From Camelus ferus (Eukaryota): 64,000 nt of DNA. The stretch lies in NCBI RefSeq assembly GCF_009834535.1, contig NC_045698.1:10728001-10792000 (forward strand). The letters are read 5' to 3'. Shown piece after piece: positions 1 to 12,795 of the stretch (the stretch's first letter is position 1; every line of letters starts with the position of its first letter). The position numbers were made by a program, and so were the translations under genes. The notes below the pieces were generated by a model, which was not told the DNA's origin, did not search any database, and was given only the letters and a program-made list of their open reading frames with translations.

Positions 1-430
1 ATTTAGACATCAGATTCTTTTTGCTCCCAGGTCTGTATTTCTGCAGAAGGGACCCTGAGTCAGCCAGCTTGGGTCAGGTGTTTACCCTGGTTAAATCAGA
101 GGAGTCATGGGGTGGGGGCCTGTTGTCCAGAATGACCACTGGGAGCCCCAGAGAGGAGAGGTTGGGCAGACAACCCAACAGCTGTCCAGCACACAGCCCC
201 TGCCCCTAGTCTCTGCAGCACATACTCACATCACCCCATACAGACGATGTTCCAAAGATAGCTCTGCCTAACAAAGCCCGACTATTCTGTTACAGCTGCA
301 AACATATACTCTCCTTCCCTAACAGAAGACAACTCGAGGTCATGCCCAGCCACTCTCTGCAGAACTGGGGTCCCCGATTCGAAGAGAATCTCACCTTTTG
401 CCATATCAGGTGATGTTCTCGGGTTCCAGG
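1..430 (-). mobile_element. ERVL-MaLR MLT1(G-J group)-like LTR end (1-193) plus adjacent probable internal sequence
   Basis: cagcttgggtcaggtgtttaccctgg and the terminal gggcagacaacccaacagctgtccagcaca resemble the reverse strand of old MLT1 LTRs. The following ccctaacagaagacaactc resembles MLT-int. Confidence 0.5.
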
Positions 431-477
431 GAGTAGGTATCCTTGGGTGCCAGTGTTTAACCCATCACATTTGGCTT

Positions 478-640
478 CATTAAAAAGTCAAAACAAAACA
501 GGTGAAATTGATTCTAATCAAATATTTTGTTTGACCTAATGTATCCAAAATACCACTGTTACAACATGGAATCAGTATAAACACATCAATGAGATACTTT
601 ATATTCTTTTTTCCTACTGGGACTTTCAAATCTGGTGGGC
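478..640 (+). mobile_element. MER33-like hAT-Charlie DNA transposon fragment
   Basis: aaacaggtgaaattgattctaat...tgtatccaaaata...aatgagatactttatattctttttt...ttcaaatctggtg follows the MER33 internal consensus as recalled. Confidence 0.7.
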
Positions 641-2584
641 GTGCCCAGCCAGGTCCCCTGTTCTCTCCGCATCTTGGGGCGAGGCCTTCTTGGGCTGGGG
701 CACAGCTACACCCACCATGGGGCCATGCTCCTGCAGAGGGACCCCACCAGGGTCCCTCTTTCTCTAGAGGAAGGGTGGCTTGGCCCAGGGAGATAAATAT
801 CCACGGAACCAAGGGGCCAGGTGATGGGGAGAGCTGGGAAAGACCAGCTGGCTGGCTCCTGGAGACCCTGAGCGCTCCTTGTCCCATGGAGAGTCGAATT
901 CCGGGGTGGCCCCTTTCTATCAGGGAGCTGGCCTGGTAGGGCTGAGTCCTTGGACCCACTACCTTGTTGCCAGGAGATGAGAACGCAGGAAGGCACCCAG
1001 AGGTGTTCGTGGGGCAGTCCTTCTTCGTCTGCACAGCTGAAAATGGGCGACAGAGGATTTTAGGTCTCTGATTCCAAAGCCAGTTCTCCCAACGACTGTT
1101 CTCTTCTGCTCCTTCCAGCTCGATCACATCCATGCAGGGTTTGAGCCAGGGTGGCTGCTGGAGGTAGACGGATCTAGGGACTGCTGGTGAAGCAGCCTCC
1201 GGCTGGACTGAGGTAGTGCAGCAAGCAGGCAGGGCCGGGTCCTGGCAGGTCAGGAATGGGGACACACCAGGGTGTGGTCCCTGTGGCCGAGGGAAAGACT
1301 GCAACATCAGGGTAGCTGAGTGGCCTGGCAGTGGCTGGGGCGGTTCACAGAGAGACTTGGTTCGGGTGGAGGTGAACTGCTCAGTTGTTTGTTTTTTGGT
1401 GAATTGCCCCACCCAAGAATGTTCCAGTCCTGTCTTAAAGGGTTTGCCCCTCCAGAGAGGGTCTGGTTTTCCTGAGTCAGTGATTTTGTCTCCTTCTGTC
1501 TAAGAATCCTGCCAGCTTGTCTCCAAAAGAGTGTTTTGCTCAGTGGAAGGATCGGGGCTCTGGTGGCTCTGGACCTAGACAGAGTCCTCTTGGCCTTGGG
1601 GTTAGTAATTTTCCAGGTCCCTCCAGAGCTGGGGCCACAGGTGGGCATTTGACCTGAACCTGACACTCTAATGAATCCCATCAGCTGTAGGCGCCGGGCA
1701 TCCCTGACAGGCCTCATCTCAGGTGGCTTGGCTGCCCACCAGACCAGGGGAGCCACTTACCTGAGGCCCCATCCCAGCGGGAAAGAAAAGCATCTTGTCC
1801 TTGCCCCAGTGGTTCTCAAGGACCCTGCGAAGCCCCCTTTAAGGCGTGTTTACCATGATGTGCTGTGTGTGTGGTCCCCTCTACCAGGCGTGTCTGTGCA
1901 GAACATGTGGCCAAAAGCTCCAAAAAATGTGTAGACCAATAACAAGTTAGATTTGATGTAGATCTGTTGTATAAGTTTCCAGTGCAAACTATGGGGTGAG
2001 TTCGTTTGGTTTGCATTTCCCAGGGTTTACCTAACTATTCCCCCACAAAATTCTATATATTGAAGTTTGTACACCCTTCAAAATAACACAATAGTCATTA
2101 AAAGTAAGATTGGTTGTGTTTTCTGAACCCCAGATACTATTATTGGTTGCTTTTCAAAGTTACTTTGGGGGGTATAACTTGAAGGTGAAAATATTTATGT
2201 TTCAGCTGGTATATGAAAAAGACGGGACGCAGTGCAACCTGGGCATTCGACAGATGTGCTTGAAGACAGTTTTGTCCAGCCATCCTCCTTATCTGTGTAT
2301 CTGGCAGAACCAAACTCGGTGACAATAAAAAAGGGTTGCCATTGACTTCTTTCTTGCCACGGCGATCTCCATTATCATCTTCTGACTGTTCTGAGGTTCC
2401 CGTGGAGAGGTTTGGGCAGGACAGGAGGAGGTCTGAAAAGTCGAAGGGCCAGGAGGAAATGCGGGTTGCGTAAAGCACCCAGGCAAATAATAATTAAGAA
2501 TAAAACAAACAAGCGCAGCAGTGGGTGATATTTAGGAATTGTTTACTGTGCACCACGCTGGGCTCAGTGCTTTAGCTGTAGAAC

Positions 2585-3690
2585 CTCATTCATTGATTAA
2601 TTCATGCGTTCACTCATTCTTTCCTTTATTCAGTTGTACAACAGTTTCTAATGTGTCAGGCAGCATCCTAGGAGCCAAGGATACAGCAATGAATGCAACG
2701 AGGTTCTTCCTGTCCTAGAACTTATGTTCTGGTTGGGAGACAGCCAACAAACACATCCATAATGCAAAGTAGATTAGTCCTAAGAAGAAAAAAATCTGAG
2801 CACAGGATAGAGGTGGACAGAGGGTGGCCAGGGAAGTCACTCTGTCGAGTAAATGTCTGCTTCCCAGGCAGAGGGAACAGCAGAACCCTGAGCCCGGGGA
2901 AGGGCTTGGCATGTTGAGGGAGGGAGGAGGGGGGAGATTGGTTGGGGATGAGGTCAGTGGGGTAGTTAGGGATTCAAGTGGAAAGGGGAAGCCCTTGGAG
3001 ATGATTGACCAGGGACATGTTTTGATGTAGGTTTCAAAGGAATTGCATTGCTTTTTTAGTGGAGAAAGGGCTGGGTTGGGGGGAATGGTGGAAGCAGAGA
3101 GGCCAGATAGGAAGCTACTGCAATTATCTAGGAGGGAGAAGATGATGGCTTGCAGACATGACATAACTTGGAGGAGATGAAAAGTGGTGGATTCTGGAAA
3201 TGCTCTGAAGTTATGGAGGAAGTATTTGCTGATGGATTGGGATGTGCAGTGAGAACAAGAGAGGAGGCAGGTTTTGACTTGAGCCCAAACTAGCAGAACC
3301 ATTTACTGACAAGGGCAGCATGGGAGACAGAGCAGCTCTGGAGATGCAGATCAAGAGTTTGGTGTGGACGTGCCACCTTTGTAATGCTTCTTACACATCA
3401 GGTGGAGATGTCAGAGAGAGCTGAGTAGCTAAATTAGTCTGGAGCTCAGAGGGGAGGCTGGACACTTGGATTCAGGTATCAGCAAAACACTGCTGTGTGA
3501 AAGTCAGGATCCCAGATGAGGCCATCAAAGGAGGGAGGAGGTAAGAGGTCCAAAGTACTCCAACATTTTGCTGCGAAAGGGACACATGCTGAGGCGAGTT
3601 CAGAAAGGTAGGAGTTGACAGTCAATCAAGAAAGACCAACTATGTCAAGTGCATGAGTAAGTTGAGTGAGATGGAAAGAGAAATGATCAC
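2585..3690 (-). mobile_element. L2 LINE 3' portion
   Basis: cattcatt-type tail, then aatgtgtcaggcagcatcctagg...gatacagcaatgaat, caggcagagggaacagc, ggtggagatgtcag and agtctggagctcagaggggagg, which are L2 hallmarks. Confidence 0.85.
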
Positions 3691-3735
3691 AGGGTTTAGA
3701 AACTTTTATTTCATTCATCTCAAAACTTCAGGCTC

Positions 3736-3835
3736 TGGGCACTGTTATTATTCACACTTTCCAAATGAGGAAGCCAAGACTCAGAGAGGCTTAGTAACTT
3801 GCCAGGGCTCACACAGTCAGGATGGAGTCCGGGTT
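3736..3835 (-). mobile_element. MIR SINE
   Basis: core aaatgaggaagccaagactcagagaggcttagtaacttgccagggctcacacag. Confidence 0.8.
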
Positions 3836-4657
3836 TCCACCTGCTAAACTCAGAGGCTCCCTCGGGCTACCCTGGAGACATACGTTCCCTTCCCTACTTC
3901 CAATTTGTGAGTCCTGGGCTTTTTACCCCACCTCCCATGTAAACAGTGTTCCAGGCAAGAAGCTTTTCTTAACGCCATTTGGAGGGTGACAGATTCAATC
4001 ATGCAATCGGCATCTTCAGAGAGAATGACTCAAAATGAGGACAGAGAGAGGATAATGTAGAGCATTTAGGAGAAGCCTGTCTTGCTAAGTAATCTTCGGT
4101 TTGGGCTCATGATTGCTTTTGAAATTTCTTATTAGCGTGAGAGAGAGAAGGGAAAAAGGCTCAAAATAGAAAGTGTTTGTACCAGGAAAAAAAAAAAACA
4201 ACAACATAATAGGGGGCTTGCAGGCTTTACTGACAGATTGCAGGCTACAAAACAGATTTGTGGGTGAAATCTAGGCTCTTTGTGTTTGTTCTTTTTTCAT
4301 TTCCCCTCTTTTATGCTTACTGCCCATTTAAGAAAACTTAATTGAGATACTATAGAAATAGTATTAAGTAATCCTCATCCCTAAATGAGGTTATCTATTG
4401 ACTGCAGAATATTTTGTGGGAAAAGGCATTTTCGTCTTTTGAGAAAAAAAAGTAGCTGATGTACTGGCCTATTTTTATATATTATTTTTTTTCTGACTGT
4501 GTATTCTTAAAAATCAGTAATAGTCTGAGCCTCGATTTTCAAATTTGGGATTCCCAATCTAAAATTGAATGGATTTAGAGTAGGTGAGTTTTACAGCCTC
4601 TAAGCAGTGATAGTTGGTGGGTCATAATTACAAAACAAAAGGTCCTGAGTTTCAGTG

Positions 4658-5266
4658 TGAATGAATTACTGAGGGCCGCCATAACAAATTACCACCAACT
4701 GAGGGCTTAAAACAATGGGAATTGATTGTCTCACAGTCTGGAGGCCTGAAGTCAGATATCCGGGTGTTGTTACACTGTGCAGTAGGGGAGAGCCTTCCCT
4801 GTCCCTTCCAGCTCCCGGGGGCTGTCGGCCTTCCTGTCATAAATCTTGTCTCTGCCTTTGTCTCCACATGGCTTCTCCCCTGAGTTTCCTGTGTCTCCAA
4901 TCTCCTTCCGACTTTTTTTCTGATAAGGACACTTTCCCTGGATTTAGGGCCCACCTTAAATCCAGGATGATCTCATCCTGTGATCTTTTTTTTTTTTTTT
5001 CCGTTTTGTTTTGGGGGGTGGGGGGGAAGCAATTAGGTTTATTTATTTGTTCACTTTTTAGAGGCAGCACTGGGGATTAAACCCAGAACCTCCTGCATGC
5101 TAAGCATGGGCTCTACCACTTCGAGCTATACCCGCCCCCTCATCTTGTGATCTTTAATTTAATTACACTTGCAAAGACTCATGTCTCCAAATAAGGTCAT
5201 AGTCACAGGTTCAGGGATTTAGGATTTGGACATACTTTTTTGGAAGCCACTATTCAACCCTCTACA
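4658..5266 (-). mobile_element. MLT1C/D-like MaLR solo LTR interrupted by a SINE
   Basis: gccataacaaattaccaccaact...ggcttaaaacaa, ggatttagggcccacct...ccaggatgatctcatc, ccaaataaggtc, ending actattcaaccctctaca. Confidence 0.85.
4986..5138 (-). mobile_element. tRNA-derived camelid vic-1-like SINE
   Basis: Reverse strand reads gggggcgggtatagctc..agtggtagagcccatgcttagcatgcaggaggttctgggtttaatcccca, then an aataaacctaatt tail and poly(A). 17-bp TSD ctcatc(c/t)tgtgatcttt at 4972-4988 and 5139-5155. Confidence 0.9.
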
Positions 5267-5469
5267 TGGTGTTACACCCTAAAGTGGTGGGAAGGAATCA
5301 GAGGCCTAGGGTGGAGTCTTCCCTCTGATGTAAGTTTGTGACACCACCACGTTTAAGAGAAGAGAACAAATGTGTGCGAAAAGTTTGCAGAAATCCTTGA
5401 GAAGGGAGGAGATGGCCGGCTTTGCAGTCCCTCCTTGCAGGCATCTAAATTCGTCAGAAGAGAATGTGC

Positions 5470-5650
5470 CCTGGATCAGACCTACCTGGGCTGAAATTCA
5501 TTCCTGCCACTTGCGGGCCATGTGACCTTGGCAATTTATTTTGCTTGGCCTCAGTCTCTTCATTTGTGAAATGCAAGTTGTAATGCTGATGTTGGAGTGT
5601 CCCTGGGGAGATCAAAACACGTGTCAAGTGTGAAGTCCCCAGCACAAGCT
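5470..5650 (+). mobile_element. MIR SINE
   Basis: ctgccacttgcgggccatgtgaccttggcaat...ggcctcagtctcttcatttgtgaaatg. Confidence 0.75.
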
Positions 5651-6196
5651 GAGAAGATCCTCTCCGTGCTGAGCTGGGGGCCCATATGCCCCTCCGGATG
5701 CACTCAGCATCCTGTCTGTACCCTTGGAGCCCCGAGCTATGGGGCTGGTGGGAGCCCTGGTCTGGCCCCTCGTATCTTGCCTCTGCCAGCTGGTCTGTTC
5801 AGGGCCCAGTCCTCCAGCTGAACAGCCTGGGCCTTCCTGGGCAGTGCCCTGTTCCCATCCCTCTCCTCAGCCCCATACCTAGACATTCTAGCCATCTGGC
5901 TCTCCATCTTTAGAAGTGTATGCTCTCCAAGCGCCTCAGAGAATGCCCATTTGAACAGAACTCGTTAAAAGAGAAAGCCTGCAACTCTTTTGCTCAAATG
6001 AAAGGGGTATTCCTTTCATGGATTTGTGGTTTTATTATCAACAGTTGCCTAGCGTCAGCTAGGTGTGGCCGGAAAAAGCATATTTACGAACAGGAATTTT
6101 TATTGCAATCTGAAAATCATCTGCTAAAGGCACTTGCCTACTTGCCCTCAGGTAGGGGCTCTGTTGTTGATTGCTGCTGCTGCTTTTTTTGTAGCC

Positions 6197-6358
6197 TTTA
6201 TTTTATTTTATTTTTTCCTGGGGGGAGGGGATAATTAAATTTATGTATGTACGTATGTGTGTACGTACGTATGTATGTATTTAGATGAAGGTGCTGGGGA
6301 TTGAACCCAGGACACATGCTTTACCTAAGCACACACTCTACCACTGCTATACCTTCCC
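6197..6358 (-). mobile_element. vic-1-like SINE with internal (TATG/TACG)n run
   Basis: gtgctggggattgaacccaggacacatgc...taagcacacactctaccactgctataccttccc, with a T-rich tail on the left. Confidence 0.85.
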
Positions 6359-6478
6359 TACTTCGATTGCTTCTAAACTTTCTCTAGAGAAGTTATTCGC
6401 AGGCTTTGGGATTTCACAGAAATCTAAATAAATAGGATTCCAGCTCAGCATGGTCAGTCTATTTTGCTAAGTAAGAAT

Positions 6479-6480
<2 letters not shown>

Positions 6481-6509
<29 letters not shown>
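6481..6509. repeat. (TAA)n microsatellite
   Basis: about 9 perfect TAA units. Confidence 0.95.
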
Positions 6510-6826
6510 GTAATAATTACTGATTATTCTTTCCATTATCTTGTGAAAGGAAGGTCACTCGAATATCAGAAAGGAATGGACATGTTCTCTTCGTGAAGGC
6601 AGTTCTTTAATGAAATAAATTGAATTTTGTGTTCCTATTTTCCTTCCATCAAAGACTGGCAAATCTTTGATCCTGAGCTGGCGCTGGCCTGGGGACCAGG
6701 CCTCGGGAGTCATCACTCTGGATGTCGACACGTCCGGCCAACGCTATGATTAGCCACCTACACTTTGCAGGTCGTGGTAAACATAAAGGTCACTGGGGGT
6801 GCATTTATTCATTCAGTCATTCCAAA

Positions 6827-7005
6827 GCGGTTAGAAAGAACTTGGACTGTCAAGCCAGACATACCTTCATTCAAGGCCCAGCTCCGCCACCTGCCAACTG
6901 GCTAACCTTACATATGCCTCTTACCCTTTCTAAGCTTCCATTGCCGCATCTACAAGAGGAAGAGGACAGAAATTCACTGAGTTCTTAAGAGGATTAAATG
7001 AGGAT
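6827..7005 (+). mobile_element. MIR SINE
   Basis: gcggttag...ggactgtcaagccagac...cccagctccgccac...gaggattaaatgag. Confidence 0.7.
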
Positions 7006-7660
7006 TAGCGAAGGGTCTTTGTTTCAACAAGCTAGAACTCTGTATGGACAACAGTTGCTAGAGCTGGGGTTGTGTATTAACACACCAGACATTGCTCAAG
7101 ACCCCTGAGACACAGAGTCAGAAGTCGCCATCTTTTCCTTCAAGGAGCTCACAGTCTTAAGGAAAAGACCCAAAAAGGATGGCCAGATACAGTGAAACCA
7201 GTGCTAGAATGGAGACAGAGCTTGGACGCCTTGTAGAGGACAAAGAAAACAGAAAAAAAGGAGGTGAGGTCAGAGCAAAATCTTAAGGAATATACAATTA
7301 AAAGAAAAGAAAAGATACAAAGAATCATTAGGCTCTCAGATGAGAACTGGACTGACGTGTAGTGCAATACCTGAAATGTGCAGATTAAATCTGGTGGACA
7401 GAAGCCTCCGGGTCAGCATGTTTATGGTTGAAGAAATGGTTCTCATCAAAGCAGTAATTTCCCTCTGCCTTACTGCCTCCATTCTGTTTGGGTTGCCCTA
7501 AGAACATTCTTCTCCATAAATTCTGACCCAAAGAAGATGAGTTTTCAGTGAAAAAAGGAAAGAGAAATTACAGCTGATAATTTTGGGGAAATCCTGAGCG
7601 TAGATCTTTGGAGAAGTCCAGAGTGCTTGAGTGACTGAATTCCAGGATGTTATCTTGCCC

Positions 7661-7825
7661 CTTGCTACTCAAAGTGAGGTCCTCTACCCAGCGTTATCTG
7701 CGTCACCTGGGAACTTGCTAGAAATGCAGAATTTTGGGCCCCAGCCAAGAGCTGCTAAATGACACACTGTATTTCCACAAGCTCCCCAGTGGATGGGTAA
7801 CTACATTTCAGGTTTGAGAAGCAGT
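7661..7825. mobile_element. MER5A-like hAT-Charlie MITE
   Basis: tgctactcaaagtg...tcacctgggaacttgctagaaatgcagaatt...ggtttgagaagcag. Confidence 0.85.
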
Positions 7826-7837
7826 ACCCTGGCCTAA

Positions 7838-8170
7838 TTTTTTTTTTTCAGTTGAAGTACAGTCAGTTACAATGTGTCAATTTCTGGTGTACAGCACAAT
7901 GTCCCAGTCTTGCATATATATATACATATATTTGTTTTTCATATTCTTTTTCATTAAAGGTTATTACAAGATACTGAATATAGTTCCCTGTGCTATACAG
8001 ATGAAATTTTTTAAAATCTATTTTTACATATAATGGCTAACATTTGCAAATCTCAAACTCCCAAATTTATCCCTCCTCACCCCGTTTCCCCCAGTAACCA
8101 TAAGATCATTTTCTGTGTCTGCGAGTCTGCTTCTGTTTTGTAGATGAGTTCATCAGTGTCCTCTTTTTCC
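7838..8170 (-). mobile_element. young L1 3' UTR fragment
   Basis: poly(T) + gttgaagtacagtcagttacaatgtgtcaatttctggtgtacagc...gaatatagttccctgtgctatacag. Confidence 0.9.
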
Positions 8171-9944
8171 CTTGGTGAACAGAAGACACCACTGGACTGG
8201 AAGTGACCAGCATCGAAACCTTCTTACTGACTTGGATTGATGTTTACCTTCATTTCTCACGTCCACGAATTAAAGAATAATAGTTGTGGAAGAGAGTGCA
8301 GGGCTTCCCCAGAGGCATGTGACTTATAACTGCATGATTATGTTACTTACATAACACACTGAAGCTTAATAAAATTTACTTGCATTTATGCCCATGATCT
8401 CATTTATATTCCCAAATAACCTGTAACTCTGTTGTATTTTTTGTTTGGGGGTTTTGTTTGTTTGTCTGTTTCCCAGACAAAAACCAGAGCTCAGAGGCAT
8501 CAGATGGCTTGCTGGTTTTACACTCAGCTCCAAGTCCAGGGCTCCTTCCTGAAGCCGAGCAGCCCATCACCTGTCACAGTTGAGAGGATGGTCCCCCCAG
8601 GACCTGGGCCAGTCCCAGGGCCCATCATTTCCATTCCCACCACCAGCAGCGCCGTTCGGTCCACGGCTTCTGAGCTAGCAGCCAAGACAACTATCTGCTG
8701 CTTTCAGTTCGTGGGCAGCTGCTCCAGGTCCTCCAATTAGCTAGCTCGGAAGCATCTGAACCAGTCACCTAGTCCTGGGGGCCAGGACTACTGATTCATC
8801 TTTTTATTCTTCACAAGCCTGTCTGGAGCATTATAGAGCTGAACTGAGTAGGTAAGACCGAATACCAGGTGTTCCTAACAAGAAGATGAGAAAATCTCCC
8901 ATGACCTCTGGAGCACTGAGTGAATCAGAATTATCTTGTGGGAACAGAGGCTAGAGAAAGCAAGTCTTAAATAATGGGCATATCTGGAATAATCTTGAAC
9001 AAGCAAGTACGTGGAGAGAAGATAACAGAATGGGGAGGTCAGAGTTTACTTGTTCATCTATCTACCTCGAAGTGAAATTCCAAATCAAAACAAGCACAGC
9101 CAACAAAACTCCTACAAAATGATCAGAAATGGGCCAGTTTCTTACAGTTTCCCTAATTCAGAAAGAAGAGTCATGCAGGATCTCTTTCTCACTGTGTTCA
9201 TATCACCGTCTGGTGATGAGAATGACTGACAGGATAAATACAGTTAATTGCCATCCTCTCCTTATCCAAGCTTCACAGCATTCAGCCCTATCTGACAACT
9301 GATCTGGTACCCACGACTACCAAAAAATTATCCGTGTGTAAAGCAGTAGATCACAAAGTGTAGACACAGTTAGGCATGCACCACGACTCCAGAAAGGGCT
9401 TGGTGTGCGGCAGACCTCGTTTTTATTGTCCCCTCCATGAGTCATGAATCGCAGCACCTAATAAACTCTTGACACACTTTCCAGGCAAGCAGAATTCACC
9501 TTCGAGATAATAAAACTATACCTCATTGCTAAGTAGCTCAAAAGTGAAAAAGCCACCTTTACAAGATAACAACCATTAGGGCAACATCAGAAGGACTGCG
9601 TGTGATTAGAACAACAGGGTTATCCTGCTGTGGCATGTGGCTTTATTATGTCTGTCGTATAACTGCTTTTTTCTTCCGATCCAGCTCTTGTTGAAATTAG
9701 TAGTGATCAAGAATCAAACCTGATAGCATTTCACACCCATACATTTTTCAATAATTATAAGGAGAAAAGGACTTCTGGCTAGCAAAGGAGAGAATGGTTC
9801 AGGAATATTCCTTCACCATGAGAGACCTGACCCTAAAATTGAGCCTAAATTTACATGGTGTCTTTATTCATTTGTGGGCGAGGATAAGATTGAAGTGTTC
9901 ATAGAGATCCATAGATGGATCTCTCCCTTGAATAAACCAAGTAA

Positions 9945-10210
9945 ATACTCTCAGTGTCTGTCTCCCAGGAAAATGCAGGAGATCTGGCAACGTGATGACA
10001 AGTAAGACGGAGCCTCTGTTCTTAGGGTGCTTACAATCTAGATGGGATGTAAGATGCTTACGTGCATAATTCTAACAGTAGGTAGAAAATGATGATGTGC
10101 CGGAGAGAGACACAGAAGTGAGAAAGGGCAGTTTCTCTGAGCTGGGGTATGGAGGCAGCTTCATGGAATGTGTGCTCTCTGCACTGAGCCTTTGGGGATG
10201 TGGTCTAGGA
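9945..10210 (-). mobile_element. L2 3' fragment
   Basis: agacggagcctctgttcttagggtgcttacaatctagatggga...ggcagcttcatgga...ctgagcctt. Confidence 0.6.
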
Positions 10211-10276
10211 AGAGGACTGGAAAACATGTGCTATCTCAGAAATTAAGATTAGGGCACCTCAAGATGTAGAGGGGGT

Positions 10277-10899
10277 ACTCCTGGGCATATACCCAAAGAA
10301 AACAGTAATTTGAAAAGACGCAGGCACCCCAGTGTTCATAGCAGCACTATTTATAATTGCCAGGAAATGGAAGCGACCTAAAGGTCCATCAACAGATAAT
10401 TGGGGACACACACACACACACACACAATGGAATACTACTCAGCCATAAAAAACAATGAAATAACACCATTTGTAGCAACATGGATGGACCTAGAGATTAT
10501 CATATTAAGTGAAGTAAGTCAGACAGAGAAAGACAAATATTATTTAATATCACTTAGATGTGGAATCAAAAAAAAAAAAAGATACAAATTTTATTTCAAA
10601 CCAGAAATAGACTCACAGACATAGAAAACAAACTATGGTTACCAAAGGGGAAAGGAGGGGATGGATAAATTAGGAGTTGGGATTAGCAGATACAAACTAC
10701 TATATATAAAACACGTAAACAAAAAGGACCTACTTACTGCATAGCACAGGGAACTATAATTTCTTGTAAGCAGCTGTAGTGGAAAAGAAACTGAAAAAAT
10801 ATGTATGTATGTAAATGTGTAACTGAATTGCTTTGCTGTACACCTGAAGCTAAATTGTAAATCAACTACACTTCAGTAAAGAATTTCATTTTTAAAAAA
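10277..10899 (+). mobile_element. 5'-truncated L1 (ORF2 C-terminus + 3' UTR)
   Basis: ORF 10400-10624 contains MEYYSAIKNNEITPFVATWMDLEIIILSEVSQTEKDKY (L1 ORF2 end). TSD atgtagagggg at 10264-10274 and 10900-10910. Confidence 0.95.
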
Positions 10900-11640
10900 A
10901 TGTAGAGGGGTGCATTCCTGGAAAATGAAACAGCATGCGTATGAGAGCCCAGGCTTTTTCCATGGGGGTCACGTGGGCAGGTGGGACGTAGGGCTCCTAG
11001 TGGTGAACCCTGGAGAGTTAGGTTGGAAGACCGCATGGGCCTAGGTGGTGGGACCTTCAAAAACCAGACTGAGAGTTTTTATTCTGTATGTGATTATTGC
11101 AGACAGATATGGTTATTGGCTTCTCCAGCAGATACAGCTGACTCCCCTTTCCTTCTTTGCTAACAGAGCCACAATGATCATAAACTCCCCATTTTATAGG
11201 CCATCAACGTCTGTAAAATGGTTTTGTAGGTGTTTGACCAGAAGAATAGCGCTTGAGCTGGTCAATCCTTTGTATGGAAAACCCTGGTGAGAGGGAGGAG
11301 GGTGGGGGGTAGGGAGAAGGGAGAGAAGCTTGAGCCAGCCAAAAAGACAAAAATGAAGGCCAGGAAGCACAGTAGCAGTAAGACACTCTGGAGAACCTTC
11401 TAGAATATAAAAGCATCTGACAATCACTTTACAAAATACCGGAAAGGCAATCACTTCCTAACCACTGCAGCATGATAAGAGCACACTTATTTTGACTTGA
11501 TTCATTCTAAAGGACAACTTAGTTCCAGCACGGAGCTGTAAGATCTGTCCTAACCAAGGTAAGCGGCCACCCGGAAACTCTTGCCCCATGCTTTGATCTC
11601 TGCTGTTGGCAGTATTAGTAATTGTCAGTCATAAATGGAC

Positions 11641-12322
11641 TGTGGGGTGTTGACCTGCATACCTACCAAAAGATATGCTCCACGCCCCTGGGACCTGTGA
11701 ATATGGACGGCATTATTTGGAAATAGGGTCCTTGCAGATGTAATTAAGTTAAGATGAAGTTTAAGAAAGTAGATGCTAGGAATTCTCATTACAAGGGAAA
11801 AAAACTTGCTTGTTTGTTTTTTTCTTTATCTGTATTAGATCATGGTTGTTAACTAAACTTATTGTGGTCTTTATTTCACAATATTTGTTAATCATCTTGC
11901 TGTGCATTTTAAGCTTATACAGTACTATATGCAACGTATATTTCAAGAAAAAGTTAAGATGAGGTCACAATGGATTAGCGTGGGTCTTAAATCCAGCGAC
12001 TGGTGTCCTAAGAGGAAGGGGACATTTGGATCCAGAAACAGAGGAGACACACAGGGAAGAGGCAGAGGCCAGCGGAGGCAAAGACTGGCATTATTCTGGC
12101 ATTATTCTGCCACAAGCCAAGGCACGCCAAGAACTGCCCCAACCGTCAGAAATAGGACGTGCGAGGTGATATTCTTTCGTAGAGACTTCCAAGGAAGCGT
12201 GGTCCTGCTGACCCCTTGATTCTGGACTTCTAGCAGCCATGCCTTTGAGAGAATGGATTTCTGTTGTTTTAAGTCATTCAGTTTGTCGTGTCTTGTTACA
12301 GCAGTCCTAGGAAACACACCTA
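11641..12322 (+). mobile_element. MLT1C-like MaLR solo LTR split by an L1 fragment
   Basis: ccaaaagatatg...ttatttggaaatagggtccttgcagatgtaattaagttaagatg|aggtcac...ttctgttgttttaag...gttacagcagtcctaggaaac. Confidence 0.9.
11761..11950 (+). mobile_element. L1MA/MB-type 3' end inserted in the MLT1 LTR
   Basis: aagaaagtagatgctaggaattctcattacaag...gttaactaaacttattgtggt. 15-bp TSD aagttaagatga(a/g)gt at 11746-11760 and 11951-11965. Confidence 0.85.
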
Positions 12323-12359
12323 GACCAGTCGCTGCGATGAAAAGATGAAGATGGTCAAT

Positions 12360-12795
12360 GAGAAGCAAACTACATGCTGTTTATAAGCGACACACTTTAA
12401 ATAAAATGACAAAGATAGGCTGAATGTGAAACGAAAAAAAAAGGAGAAAAAAATACCACGCAAATCTTAGCCAAAAGAGGCCGTCGTGGCTATTTTTGTA
12501 TCAAACCAAGTAGATGCTAACCTAAGGTCTACTGCAGGAAAAGAGGGACAGCTCTCCGATAACGCAGGCTATTCAACAGAAGCACATAATGATATTAAAT
12601 TGTATACATTGAATAACTTGGCTTTAAACTCTATGAAGCAAATGCTAGCAGAACTAAAAGGAGAAATACCAATCCATGGTAGAGTTACAGATGCCAACAG
12701 CACACGTCTCTCAGTAACATAGAATAAGCAGGAAAAAAAATCAGTGTGTATAAAAAAATATTTGAGCAGTACAATTTACCAACTTGACTTGAGAC
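12360..12795 (+). mobile_element. ancient L1 ORF2 endonuclease-domain fragment (decayed)
   Basis: ORF 12486-12722 (V)AIFVSNQVD...KEG...YTLNNLALNSMKQMLAELKGEI resembles L1 EN VAILISDKID...KEG...YAPN...MKQ.L.ELKGEID. Confidence 0.8.

Noticed and set aside
480..1412. Longest ORF (310 aa, minus strand) and overlapping ORFs at 589-1934
   Set aside because: GC-rich, P/G/S/W-biased sequence with no recognisable domain. It does not start at ATG, and its 3' end runs into a MER33 fragment. Consistent with chance.
2715..3302. 195-aa ORF
   Set aside because: Lies wholly inside a decayed L2; not a host gene.
5060..5138. tRNA-like sequences at 5060-5138, 6290-6358, 36905-36977 and 39490-39561
   Set aside because: These are SINE heads with A-rich tails (TSDs on two copies), not tRNA genes.
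9205..9305. Possible C/D-box snoRNA (gtgatga ... ctga)
   Set aside because: No terminal stem or recognisable rRNA/snRNA guide; such boxes occur by chance.
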